Shown here in pieces: positions 14,005 through 27,617 of a stretch of DNA of 64,000 bases. The DNA is taken from contig OZ024741.1 of the NCBI GenBank assembly GCA_964016885.1, forward strand, positions 131,750,001-131,814,000, written 5' to 3'. A model generated the notes under the pieces. The model did no database searches. It saw only the letters and a list, made by a program, of their open reading frames with translations, and was not told the DNA's origin. The stretch comes from Eledone cirrhosa (lineage: Eukaryota). How positions within the stretch are numbered: the stretch's first letter is position 1; each line of letters starts with the position of its first letter. The translations under genes were made by a program, and so were the position numbers.

Positions 14005-14750
14005 TGTACTAGCAATGTTTGTACATATAGTTGACCTCCTATTCAACTGAACAATCATGTAGATACATGGATATTAATGCTGTCAATAACAGTTTCGTAT
14101 TTACAGAGTGGAATGGATGCGACATATATTACAAGAGAATTGTACAATAATTAAAATAAAAAAGCATAGAGTGGAATCTATGCGACAGATATCACAAGGG
14201 AAAAGTATAATAATTACAGAGGCATTAAGGAGAAAAGGTACTCGCAAAACGAGGACACCAGCAATACATATGCAAGCGTGTAGAGAGTGCAAATGCGTTA
14301 GGCATATATAGGAAGGAAACAAGCAATGGTACTAGGCATATATAATTACTGTATGGCAAAGGTATCACATAAAATATGACATAGGTTTACAAGTATATCA
14401 GGCAGGCAAAGGTGTTTGTGTATTACTACTAAGAGTTAATGGTGGATGTAAAGCGATGATTGTTTCTGTTATGTTCAATTGTGTCTGTGTTGAGAGTATC
14501 ACTGTTATTGCTATATTTTCCATTACATTGGTTAAGTTCTATTTTAGTGAATGTTTTTAGTTAGTTGCAGCTATGGATTGTATATTGGTCCTATTATATT
14601 GTTATCCTTGGTTCGAGTTGTTCTATAGCGATTCTTCTAACGGTTTAATTTCCGGAAGTGAGTTTGAGATTCATATTAAGGGGAGCTAATGCGAAAAGGA
14701 GGTAACAAGCGATTAAATTGTATATGAAAGTAAAAAGAAGGAACCATGGG

Positions 14751-15160
14751 AAAATCTATAGTTGTTTGCAGTTTCAATTAGTTAAATTCTTTGTGCTAAT
14801 ATACATTCCATTGTGTTACAAGTGAATCCCTTTCATATAATGTTATTTATTTACATTTAGTTTTAAATACAGTCTATTCTCCTATAATACTTTAAAGGTC
14901 TCATGATATTGTTATTTATCCATTACTGACTAAAATACAATATAAACTATAGAAGTCTATAGAAAAAATGTATAGTTGTTTACAGGTCCAATTAGTTAAA
15001 TTCCTTGTGTTATTAATATACATTATATTATGTTATAAGTGAATTCCTTATATATATAATGCTATTAATTTATATATTTAATTATAAATATAATTTATTT
15101 TTCCATAACACATTAAATGTTTCATCATATTATTATTTATCCATTACTGAATACAATATA
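14751..15160. repeat. Diverged ~210-bp tandem duplication inside the PLE 3' UTR
   Basis: 14751-14940 aligns with 14964-15160 (tatagttgttt..caattagttaaattc..ttatttatccattactga). Confidence 0.8.
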
Positions 15161-15689
15161 TGTAAGTTATAGTAGTTATATTAAATGGTGGTAATTTTAT
15201 GTTTATTTCTAATAGTTATTGAAGAGTATAATGTTTGAGATAAATAGGAGATAGGTAGAGGAATGAGCTGATTCTAGAGAGTGATGCTATGGGGGTAATT
15301 ATATGGTGATAAGACCTAGAGGTGAAGAATTAATGGTGGTGAGGAATTCAGATCTGACATTGTTATATACTAGCAGCTAGGTTTAAAGCTATGGAAAGAG
15401 TGTCGGTGGTAGTGCTGACACATGGAAAAAACCTCTGATTTTCTATTTAGGAGGTCTAGTTTCGCATAGATTATAGTGCGGGTCTCTTGAAGACAGAGGT
15501 TACACAATTTACTCGGTGGTTTATACGATGCGGTCTTATCTATTACTTCCCATTGAAGTGTATATGGTCTATTTCTAGTTTTCAGAGAGTGTATGTAGCT
15601 AGATAAAGAATCTAGCCAACTACACTTCATTATCTAGCTTCATACATTCTCTGAAAACTAGGAATAGACCATATACATTTCAATGATTG

Positions 15690-15830
15690 ATTGACGAAAT
15701 GGCCTGTTGACAATAAGCCTGTTGGTTAACAGTGTGGAACTAGCTGTTGAAACGGCAAGAGCTCAACCGTCGGGCCCTAACTCTTTCTAATAGTCATACT
15801 CTACTGTCCTAAGTATCAAGTACTCGATCA
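15690..15830 (+). mobile_element. Diverged, non-folded relative of the 31.3/36.0/39.4 kb fold-back family
   Basis: gaaacggcaagagctcaaccgtcggg...actctactgtcctaagtatcaagtactc versus gaaacggcttgagctctgccgtcggg...actctactaccctaagtattgagtactc. Confidence 0.7.
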
Positions 15831-15932
15831 ACTAGAAGATTCTCTCCCTATCCACCCTCTCTCTCTCTGTGCACGTGCAGGAGCATCCTATACAATCACA
15901 CACACACATACAAACAGAATAATGTTGGGATG

Positions 15933-16003
<71 letters not shown>

Positions 16004-16115
16004 TTATTTATTAAAAAACAGATTAAAGTTTAAGCAAAGAATCGCTGCTTTCACGCTTAACGAGATCTTCTGAAACTAAAAAAGTCAATCTGTATATATA
16101 TATATATATAATGAG

Positions 16116-16155
<40 letters not shown>

Positions 16156-16219
16156 CTCATTTTATTACGCGCCATTACATATATCTGCTATCATATTTCA
16201 TATGTCTCACCTTCACACG

Positions 16220-16320
<101 letters not shown>

Positions 16321-16741
16321 CCTCGAGTATGAGTACGTTTGCGTGTGTATGTGTTTATATATGAATGCATAAAATTACGAGTAGATTATGTACTTTGGGG
16401 AGAAATTTATATACATATTAGCAAAACAAACCATGGTAAAATGGCTGCTGTGACGATAGGCAATAGGGGTGGGAGTAAGTGCAAGCAGAAAGTATTTATT
16501 GTTGGTGCAACAAATAGCAACAATAATAGCCGTAACAAGCGGAAGCATTTAAAGATGTGACATCCGGTTGTCTCTTCAATACGCTCAATTATACATGAAA
16601 CACCCCACAGGATTTCACAATAAAAATGAATTTAAAACCACTTGTGCTCTCGAGGGCATTTGACGTACTTTCTTATTATGAGCGCCGTATTATCTTGAGC
16701 GGATAACCTCTCCAGCTGTACCAACGTCATCTTGTGCACAG

Positions 16742-16807
<66 letters not shown>

Positions 16808-16954
16808 TTACTATTCTCTCGATTACCATCACAGTTACTACCGCCATCACTACCACAACCAGCAAAATCTCTATCTGGAGCATCATCATCACCACTACCA
16901 CTGCCACTACCACCTCCATCACCAGTACTACTACTATTATTACCACCATCATTG

Positions 16955-16990
<36 letters not shown>

Positions 16991-17026
16991 CTACTACTAC
17001 CACTACCACCACTACTACTACTACTG

Positions 17027-17095
<69 letters not shown>

Positions 17096-17192
17096 ATCAT
17101 ACTGCTACTACTACTACTACCACTACCACCACTACTACTACTATTACTCATACTGCTACTACTACAACAACTACTACTACTACTACTACTAC

Positions 17193-17222
<30 letters not shown>
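16742..17222. repeat. Compound (ACT)n/(ACC)n/(AAT)n trinucleotide tract
   Basis: Direct inspection. Confidence 0.95.
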
Positions 17223-17223
<1 letters not shown>

Positions 17224-17347
17224 TGTTTCTACTTTTGGCACAAGGACAGCAATTACCCCAGTACATTACTGGTACCTTATTTTATCGACCCCGTAAGGAT
17301 GAAAGGCAAAGTCAGCCTCGCCGGATTTGAACTCAGAACGTAAAGGG
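17222..17347 (-). mobile_element. SINE family A, 5'-truncated
   Basis: Reverse complement of the core and tail of 5818-6008. Confidence 0.85.
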
Positions 17348-17974
17348 TCATATTAATACAATCATCACAATTACCATCACCGTTACTATCACCACAACCA
17401 TTAACATCCCTATTTGAGCTCCATTACCCCAAGAAAGGGCAGGCAAATCTATCTTAAATCTCACCTTACTATACACAAACACACATGCACACACGCACAA
17501 ACACACACACAAACGCACACAAACGCACACACACACACAAACACATACACACTTTCATATATGCATGTAGCTCCGCATCTCGGAATTACATTCTTCATTT
17601 ATAAGAATTCTATAGAATGCCTATTTCAGATGGCGTCCCTCACCCCACCCCCTCTCTCACTCTTTATCACACGCTCTGTCACTCTCTAGCTGTTGTCTGC
17701 ATATCTATCTACCTGTTTATCTATTTGTCTGTCTGTGTCTCTCTCTCTCTCTCTCTCTCTACCCTCCCGCTCTCTTGCTGGAAAGAAATACCTGCATTGC
17801 TTCAGGTTGTGTCACGAGATTATGACAACACAATAGAGCTATTTAGGGATCGCTTAAAATTCCCTCTTGGGGATCCTTCAATACACTCCTTACTGATCAA
17901 TTTATCAATAGGTGGTGCTGAGAATTTGAATTGTGTCTGCCAGGTTAAATGTATTCATTATTAAAGGTGTTTTA

Positions 17975-18709
17975 TATTATTATTATTATTGTTATTTTTA
18001 TTTTCTTTCATTATTGTTTCTGAGATATATGCCGAGTGTCTTCCTGACACCTAGGGCAAATAACTTCACAGTGTGCATTGGTAAGCCAGTTAAAACACCG
18101 CATTGATAATAATTATTAAAAACAAAACAAAAAAAAAACAGTATACATATATACACATGTGCATATGCATATGTAAATACAAGGAGGGACACTAATCCCA
18201 CAGAGACAGCGCTCCTCCCAACACGTGTGCAGCACCAGTCAAAACAATCTTTCGCACCCCGTGCAGAGAGGGCAGACCAGGAACCATTCGCAAACACTGC
18301 CCCCCTCCCGATCACTCCCAGCCCTCCCACAACCATCGGCACTGTAACGGCCCTGAGGTGCCACACCCTCCCAACCCCAATAAGCAGATCTTTATATTTT
18401 CGTAGCTTGTCAAACTCCTCTGCCACGACACCGTGATCACACGGGATGCTCACATCCATCAGCAGACAGACCCTGCCTGTTGATCTCCCACAATGATGTC
18501 AGGTCTATTTGCCTTTATGGTCCCGTCAGTATGCACAGGGAAGTCCCAGAGAATTTCCACTCCCTCTCCCTCAGCCACAGCCCCAGGGCGACGACCGCAC
18601 CACCTGTCTCCAGCTTTGATCCGGCAATGCCGACATATTACCCAGCGGAGACACCGGCCAACTCTGCCATGTCCACATCTGTATCCCACTGGTGCTAAAA
18701 CCCTACATC

Positions 18710-18710
<1 letters not shown>
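17975..18710 (-). mobile_element. R4/Dong-clade non-LTR 3' fragment (RLE domain plus 3' UTR) inserted in (TAA)n; appears A->G hypermutated
   Basis: ILWDFPVHTDGTIKANRPDIIV, DVSIPCD, KLRKYKDL and VPMVVGGLG are R4/Dong-type RLE motifs. (TAA)n lies on both sides. Confidence 0.88.
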
Positions 18711-18754
<44 letters not shown>

Positions 18755-18756
<2 letters not shown>

Positions 18757-19085
18757 TGAGTTCAAATCGCGCCGAGGTCAAATTTGCCTTTCATCCTTAC
18801 GGGGTCGATAAAATAAAGTACCAGTAATGTACTAGGTAATTGCTGGCCTTGTGCCAAAAGTAAAAACAATTATTATTATTATTATTATTATTGGCGGGGG
18901 ATTGGCAGTATCGGTAGAGGGTCGGACGCCATGCTTTAACGCATAGAGTTACGGCCCTTGTTATTCTGAGTTCAAATCCCGCCGAGGTTAACTTTGCCTT
19001 TCATCCTTACGGGGTTGATAAAATAAAGTACCAGTAATGTACTGATATTTGCTGGCCTTGTGCCAAAAGTAGAAACAATTATTAT
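18755..19085 (+). mobile_element. Two tandem SINE family A copies (18755-18880 truncated; 18893-19085 full)
   Basis: B box and core in both copies, with (TTA)n tails. Confidence 0.9.
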
Positions 19086-19149
19086 TATTATTGTTTTTGT
19101 TGTTGTTTTTATTGCTGTTGCTGTTGCTGTTGTTGTTGTTAGTTTTATT

Positions 19150-19600
19150 TGTTATTGCATTTCATCACGGCAATACGGAGCACAGCTCAGTCTGCCTTAG
19201 GTATGCGCAGAGTTAGTTTTCGGTCATCCTTTGTGAAGCACGTCTTTCCGCTGCTTGTCTCTTCGACTGAGCTGCAGTTGTGGGTCATGCGAAAACCGAG
19301 ATTGGGCGCTTGACATCTGGGATGTTGCCAGTTGGGCAATGTAGTCAGTGAAAATTCCATATTAGCGTTCTATAGAGCAAATAGTCATTGAGTCCGACGT
19401 TTTAATAATTCCACCAGCCCACCTACTTTGAACAACATACCACAACGACACGCTGCTGAAACGATGGCAAAGGCATTGCAACAAGGAATAGCCAGCGATA
19501 TCCGCTACATCAGCCATGAAGCTTCTTCTTCAGATGCAATTCCCTCATCACAATTTAGTGAAAGCGAGAGGTAGACCAAGGACGGATTCGACCGTAGGTC
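19150..19600 (+). mobile_element. Possible highly decayed RTE-like LINE fragment
   Basis: Only a weak RW.RH....KARGRPRT remnant at ~19460-19585. Confidence 0.3.
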
Positions 19601-20097
19601 TTAATAGTGAACTGCACATAATAGAAATACGTTTGTTAACTACTGGTATTTATTCATCTTTCCACTCCTTCGCGATGTGAACGTTAACTCAACGTATGAC
19701 AAAAAAAAAATGTGTTAATTGGTTGCTACTTCTAGTGTGTGTTAGAAATGGCAGCTGTAATGAAGACGTTAAGTGATCACACGGGAATAAAGAGGGAGAG
19801 AATTTGCAAACGCGAGGATTGACAAAGATAACAGTGTTTAAAATACACCACCACCCAGTCAACAGTCAAATACATTAACACGAAAACTGGGGTACGAAGA
19901 GGGTATTATAAGACAACCCTTTGCCAATTAAATAGGTATTATATAATTGGTGACGCATAAGGATGGGGAGGAGGATTTAGTATAAAGAAAACAAGATATA
20001 CCTCATTAAATTTGGTGACGAATGAACTTAATTAACTGTAACGAGAAAAATGTATATACGTGTGTATGTGCGTACAAGCACGCACGTACGCACACAG

Positions 20098-20245
<148 letters not shown>

Positions 20246-20254
20246 TTATATATT

Positions 20255-20292
<38 letters not shown>

Positions 20293-20299
20293 ACGGCAA

Positions 20300-21335
20300 T
20301 GAATTAGTTTTGCGAGGTTTTTGATATGAAATCGTGTGTCGAAACAAATATTGTTACACTTGGGGACGGTCATATTTGTGTAATATTGCCAGAATTAATA
20401 ACAGAAGACACTCACTGTTTGGTTGGTTTTCGCTTTTCTCTTCTGTGTTTTTTATATCGGTAATCTAATTTATTCGGTCCTCAATGTTGCCATTGACTGA
20501 CCAACGGTAAAAAATAATACAGATACAATATAGACACAAACACATATATATAGTTTATCAAAGTTCTTTCGTTGCACATCTGCAACATCGTCAGTGGTGC
20601 TATTGTTTCCTCCCGTTGCATTGTATTTTCTACGCCATCTTTATTTAGTCTATTTATATATTTATTTATTTGTTTATTTTATTTTGTCTTCTTTGCGCAT
20701 GCGTTTGCGTGTGTGTATAGTGTTTTGTTTGATGTGTGTTCGTGATTGGGTGACTGTGTATTGGTTAATGTATTCTATCTTTACTAGTATGTGTTTATAT
20801 GTGTTTGTTGTTATTGTGCTTGTGTATGTATTTATTTATTTATCTATTTACTTATTTATACTTCTCTTAGGTCAGTGTTGTTTGTTTGGGTGTTGTTGTT
20901 ATTCCATTCATTCTTTCTGTTTAGCATTGGCCTTCTAAGTTCTATTTCACTGGCCTCTCTGATTTGCCTGTCTGCTGGGTCATTTCTATGTTTAGATATT
21001 ATTCTAATTTCTATGTTGTCTATGTTACCGTCGTGTTGTTGTCTGGTATGTTCGTATAGTACTGAACCACGTTTTCGTCCTTTTAGTTCCCCCAGTGTTG
21101 GTCTATCCTTTCACCTATGCTACGAGCTGCCTCGCCTATGTATGTTGTTGTCATGTGTCTGCAAGTACCTCTGTACATCTTATAATATAGACTACGTTTC
21201 TAGTTTTACAATTTATCCGGGGCTTTACCTTACATATGATACATTTCCTATTAGAACAGTGGGTTTTCTTAGTGTGTTCTGTTATTAATTCTGGCAATAT
21301 TACACAAATATGACCCTCCCCAAGTATAACAATAT
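20300..21335. mobile_element. (TA)n-flanked element with a partial terminal inversion (family also at 34442-34695 and 52590-53010)
   Basis: 20348-20412 is inverted at 21272-21334. 20352-20510 is near-identical to 34442-34608. Confidence 0.75.
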
Positions 21336-21352
21336 ATATATATATATATTTA

Positions 21353-21756
21353 TATACAATATATTAATAAATGGAAACTATATTTATAAAACCATATTTA
21401 TTTTATTATACATATTTCAAGGGCCACCAAAGCAAATTATGGTGCGCTTTCATCAGATAAAATACAGATTTGTTTTATAACTAAATATTGACATACTCGG
21501 AAAATGTTGTGTTTTTTTTCCGGGCATGTCAATATTTATTTATAAAACAAATCTGTATTTTATCTGATGAAGGCGCACCATAATTTGCCTTGGTGGCCCT
21601 TGAAATATGTATAATAAAATAAATATGGTTTTATAAATATTGTTTCCATTTATTAATATATTGTGTATTTACTCCACTAAATTGTTGAGTGCTTTATATG
21701 AGTTATAAAAATGTTTAAGCTTGTTGAATCCCAACAAATTAAATATAACCTCTGCA
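21353..21756 (+). mobile_element. Fold-back hammerhead mini-element (~150-bp arms plus tail)
   Basis: 21353-21504 is the reverse complement of 21515-21668. CTGATGA...GAAA-TAT-GTA at 21564-21611 (+) and 21409-21456 (-). Confidence 0.85.
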
Positions 21757-22177
21757 TATATATATGTGTGTGTGTGTGTATGTATGTATATATACACACA
21801 CATAATGCATATACATATGGGAGTATGTTTAGAAAGCGGCGAGCGGTGATTAAAAATTAAAATAGAAAACTTTGCCGAAACCTCATGACTAAATAAAGTA
21901 CTCTAATAATAATGGGGCATATAAACCCACTGAACGGAAAAAGATGGGCATCAGCACAATATATTTTAGTATATACAGTTACACAAACACACACACATAT
22001 ATATATGAAAATATATATATATACACACACTTATATATATATATATATATATACATACATGCATACTTTTATTTTTTTAGTGTTTATTCATAGTTATAAA
22101 ATATCTACCAAGTAAACTAACTTTTCTTGCCTTCTGTATTGTTTTTTTAACGTTTCTTTTTACCTATCAGTCATCTC

Positions 22178-22218
<41 letters not shown>

Positions 22219-22219
22219 A

Positions 22220-22251
<32 letters not shown>

Positions 22252-23926
22252 ATATCTATTTATCTATCTATCTATTTATTTATCAGTCTGTTTTGCTGTC
22301 TATCTGTTTATTTATCTATGTATCTATGTATCTGTCTATCTACCTGTCTCTTTGCCTTTCTCTTTGTCTGTCTATATATCCAAATGTCTATCTATTTATC
22401 TATCTATCTAACTACTTATTTATCTGTCTCTCTATGTTGCTCTATCTGTATAAGATGATAGAAAACAACATAGATTCTCCAGTTTTATAATAGCTCTTAG
22501 CATTGTGGAATATACCTTCCTCGTGGAAACCACATTGATGTGTCGCTACATGTCTGCCGTAATGAAACACACACATGATCAATTACATTCCACCCGGGCT
22601 GTTTTCTGAAAGAACTTTGTTTTCTATTGCTAGTAGGTCATCGGACAAACAGAGCTTCCCCCATTAACTCATACACTATCTCTATACGATTTTAAAATGA
22701 AACGATTATAAGTCATTGCAGGTTACTAAATTGTTTGGTCTAAAGTAAGATGCTATAGCCATGGCTTTTACCGGACCATGGCTTTCCTCCTGTACAACTA
22801 AAGAAACATGACAAGAGAGAGAATTCCATGACACAAAAGAGAACCCTGGAACAAACTGTTGCTGGGGCACATTAACATGTGTTAACATGTCTTGTTAGCC
22901 GAATAAATTAGTGACATTGAAATAACAGAAAATATAATAAGAGGGCCAATTAGCAGAGTCATTAGTGGTATATGTAAAGGATTTCTGTTGTCCGAATTCA
23001 AATTACGCTGGGATCAACTTTGCCTTTCGTCCATTAGGGATCGAGAAAATAAGATACCATTTCATAGATGTAGATTGATTGCATTAGCGTTGGACAAAAT
23101 ACCTTACGGTATTTGTTCTGGATCTTTGTGTTTCGAGTTCTTGGCTAATAAACTTAATCCGCTGTACGATTTAACACCACAAAAGTGATGATTGGATTTT
23201 TCTAATAAAGTCCTTTCTTTTTCAATTATCAGACCTATGTCTCCGATATTAGGATAATTCCCTCCTTTCTGCCACAAGTCTTAGTGGTACTGAAAATTGT
23301 CATGGACACTGCTCTTCCCCTCCTGAAAAATCAGTAAAAATATTTGAATTTGAAAACAACATTATGAAAAGCTACAGTCCCATGATTTTCTCCCTCCCAC
23401 CACTAAATTAATTGTTGTTGTTGATGTTAATGCGGTTGTTTTGTTGCCTCAGATATGTCTTGGTCTAGCGTTAAACGGCGATGTTCATTATATAGATTGA
23501 TAGATACTTATATTCCATAATCCAAACTACTCAAAGATTATACTGCATATTACAGTATGGTGTATTTGGTCGAACATGGCGCAATATTGCAATCTGAAGA
23601 TGCATTATTTATAAATGACCAATGCACAAGTTAATTTGACACAGTCGAAGAATGTGAAGAAAAAGATGAAGATGAGGAAATGAGATTAATCTGGTGTGGA
23701 AAGATTGTCAAATCTAAGGAATGGATTCTGAAATTCTCTTGATGTAAATAAATAAGATTAAAGATTAAAGAAATACTACCGCAAGATTATATTGTTATCC
23801 AACAATATATGACTTAAAGAACCACATTCATTTATATATTTTTATACATCGACATATGTAAATATACACGCATACATAACCCCCATATATATATATGTGT
23901 GTGCGTATATATATACATATAGTTAT

Positions 23927-23959
<33 letters not shown>

Positions 23960-24229
23960 AACAAATATGATGCTTCAGGTTTCTGTGGAATCCATTGTTC
24001 ATATAGTTCAGTTGATAGGAAGGAAATATAATGTAGGAAACTAAGAAATGGACTGCACTACGGTAGATACAACATAAATGGATATGTCACTAGAATAACA
24101 AAGCTATACGAAATATTGTGTTAAAAAAAACTTTGTCTACGACGGAGAACGTGTGACATTTGTAATAACTCTAGCAAGGTAATGTACATTGTATCATGAG
24201 AGATAGCTGATAAAAGGGAGCTATCATGT

Positions 24230-24510
24230 GTCTAAAATCTAGAGTATGTCTGGAGCCCAGATGTTCTTCATGCTGATGTTTATGCCGGTTTCCGTGGCGT
24301 GAAACAACTGAGGGTAAAATACTCTCCCATGGACAAGACGCAAGTTCATCGCAGGTTTAAACTACCAACTATTGCTGCTACACATTTTCTGCTGAGTATA
24401 CTTTAGCAACGTGAAAGGAATTACACAACATACATCCAAGTCCAGGAATCAAACCCACGACATTTTGATTGTAAGTCCAACACCCTGACCACAAGGCCAT
24501 GCACCTCCAC
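24230..24510 (-). mobile_element. SINE family B
   Basis: Reverse-complement similarity to 6578-6850 and 42625-42872. Confidence 0.7.
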
Positions 24511-25121
24511 AATTATGTAGAAAATGAATCAGCCCGGTTGCGATTGCCTCCAAGAGCGATGTATGATGTGTTTCTATACAAGGGCAATATTATATGGTGA
24601 TGCTGGTGTGAAACTACCGAATGTCATCGTTTGAGCATTTTCTAGTAGTACACCATTATTTTTATAGTGTATCTAGTTACATAACCAAAACCACAGAGCG
24701 ACAGCCTCAATGAAGTTCAGCTCGAAACCAACTTGCACCGTTATTTCCTACAAAGAGAGCTAGAAAAGACGTTACAGAGTACGCAAACAAAACATAACTG
24801 AGGCCAAAACTTTTGCATGGCGTTAATGTCTGGAAGGGAGCCTGTATATTTGATGAGGATATGTGGAATTTGTGCATTTCCCGAAAAGGCGATGCAGTTG
24901 AATGCTTCCATTACAACTATATTGCTTATAGTTACAATGTTAGTTATTATTGTTTTTGGTGTTGCTGTCTTTGTAATTTGGAACCATATGTAGCAAGTCT
25001 AGTTACAATAGGAAAACACCCTGCTAACAAGGTAATCAGTGTCTTGAATCACTTAGTGATGTGGTAATTATTATATTAGTTGAATTCTACAGGACATAGA
25101 TAAATAGTTAGATACATAGAA

Positions 25122-25173
<52 letters not shown>

Positions 25174-25284
25174 GTGTGTGTGTGTGAGTTCCGGAGAAAA
25201 TTAGCGTCCGAAAACGCATTATGTCATTGTTTTAGTTTGTACAGTTCTGGTACTATTTTACTGGGTTTTACTTATCCCCCCCCA

Positions 25285-25352
<68 letters not shown>

Positions 25353-25816
25353 GAAGTTAGACAGAACATTAACGGAAAATGACTCTGTATTATGCGAAAA
25401 GTAAGCGCTTAATCAGGGAAGCGATACTCCTGATGTAATTTGGCGCCATGAACAATATTTAGTACGGTGCAAGCCTCACGAGCAGCATACGTGTGTATCT
25501 AGATGTGCATCTATTGGTCAGGCTGTAATATTCAAAGTTCAATAAGAAACTCAAAGAATGATCAAGTCAGAAACGCTGCATATAACTTCATAAAACACAT
25601 ATATCTACAATATCCGTGGCTATACACTATATCAATGGGACCTCTGATAATGTGACCCTGAAGGTCCGAAAACGTTGAGAAAAGTAGTTGTGTGCTCAAT
25701 ACCAACAGCAACAACATACACACACTCTCATACACATACATGCACACAAACACATAAATATATAATATATATAATATAATATAAAATATATATCTATATA
25801 TATATATATATATATA

Positions 25817-25918
<102 letters not shown>

Positions 25919-26154
25919 TGAGTTAGATAGATAGATAGATAGATAGATATAGAGTTAGGCAATCCTTATCTCAATAATATATATGAATTATTATATTATC
26001 AAGCATTTTCCCACAGTCCTCTTTGACTCACTCAATTTCTGAATACACTTGATATCCGCTGTCGTAATTACATCCATGAATTGTTATGATTACAAAAGAA
26101 ACCCAAATAATAAAAAAACTATTAGTTTCAGCATCAGCAGAAGAAAAAGAAGAT

Positions 26155-26220
<66 letters not shown>

Positions 26221-26268
26221 ATTGTTGTTGTAATGAAAGTAATAATAGTGTTTGTGACCTTATTAAAT

Positions 26269-26364
<96 letters not shown>

Positions 26365-26377
26365 GACTACTACTACT
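26155..26377. repeat. (GTA)n and (TAC)n tracts in opposite orientation
   Basis: (gta)n at 26155-26220 and (cta)n at 26269-26377. Confidence 0.95.
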
Positions 26378-27053
26378 GAAACCACTTCAGTTTGTTTTAG
26401 AAAGGAAACAAATGTGATTAAAATGCATTGACATCAATCGTTTAAAAATGGCCGACATGAGATTATTAAAACGTTTCCGGTCGCAACACATTTAACGATG
26501 CCTGTTTTTAACGGAAGTACAAATGCATCGTTTCCTCTCTCGCATCGTTATTCACCTACCGCCCCACGATTTACTGTAGATTTCTAATTTTAAAATCGCC
26601 ATTCTCTCTCCCAGGATTGTTTCAAACACTCAATATACCTTCTACTACAACCACCACTACCAAAAACACCAACATATCCTGCGCTAACAATCACGGACAG
26701 CACCACCAGCATAATCATCACACATGCTTCCACCACTACAACTACCATCACCTCTTTCACCATAGCCGCCATTAACAATGATATACACCACCATCACCAA
26801 CAACATCACCTCAAAAATAATATGCAGCACCTCCACACACATTCACTTGCCCTCAAAATGTAGAATTCTACGACATTTCAACCAATGAAATATGTGGGTC
26901 GATTAATAGATAAGCTGTTGGTTGCGTGTTTGTGGAAAATCGACCAGTGTTCCGCTCCCACGACTGCAACTTAAGCGTTTAGTTCGAAATGACCGACATT
27001 TTGACACACATATACACACACGCATATACATACACGCATTCATAGATACATAA

Positions 27054-27144
<91 letters not shown>

Positions 27145-27342
27145 CGCGCACTTACACATATATGTATATGTACATAAACACCACTATATGGATTGCTTAT
27201 CTTTGTAAGAGGATGGAGATCCGGTGTAAGTTGTGAGAGTGAAGACCCGTATGCGCTTGAAATTATATTATATAACGGAAATTATGAAAACCACACATTA
27301 TATGTGTAAAATCATCTTTAATCTTCATATTACATGTCGTTT

Positions 27343-27617
27343 AAGGACGATGGATTGGCTGTATCTGTAGGACGTCAGACAAAATGCTTTGTGGCATATA
27401 GACAGTTCCCTTTACGTTCTGAGTTCAAATGCCGCCGAGGTTACCTTTTCCTTTCAGTGACCCCATTGTGTTACTGGTACATTATTTCATCAACCTCGTA
27501 AGGATAAAATGCACAGCTAACCTCGGCGGGATTTAAACTCGGAATGTAAAGAGCCGTAACTATATGCTGCAAAGTATAATTTCCGACGCTCTACCGATAC
27601 TGCCAATTCTCAGCCTT
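27343..27617. mobile_element. Inverted (tail-to-tail) pair of diverged SINE family A copies
   Basis: Plus copy 27343-27455 (gagttcaaatgccgccgaggtt); minus copy 27460-27617 (aacctcggcgggatttaaactc). Confidence 0.75.

Larger units (their letters stand above)
13935..15685 (-). mobile_element. Penelope-like element 3' part: endonuclease C-terminus, long 3' UTR, terminal hammerhead, 5' inversion
   Basis: LSSYIHSLK...LQWEVIDKTASYKP..KLCNLCLQE..II...LLNRKSE is a PLE GIY-YIG C-terminus. 15551-15606 is inverted at 15630-15685. Hammerhead-like motif and AATAAA lie at the 3' end next to (TA)n. Confidence 0.75.

Noticed and set aside
16632-17343. Overlapping long low-complexity ORFs (mucin-like Thr/Ser)
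   Set aside because: Stop-free trinucleotide tract running into a SINE.
25640-25680. Hammerhead-like ctgataa..gacc..ggtccgaaa
   Set aside because: Core box is mismatched and there is no stem III or cleavage triplet.
26155-26377. Inverted (GTA)n/(TAC)n hairpin as a functional structure
   Set aside because: Expected by chance given the microsatellite density.
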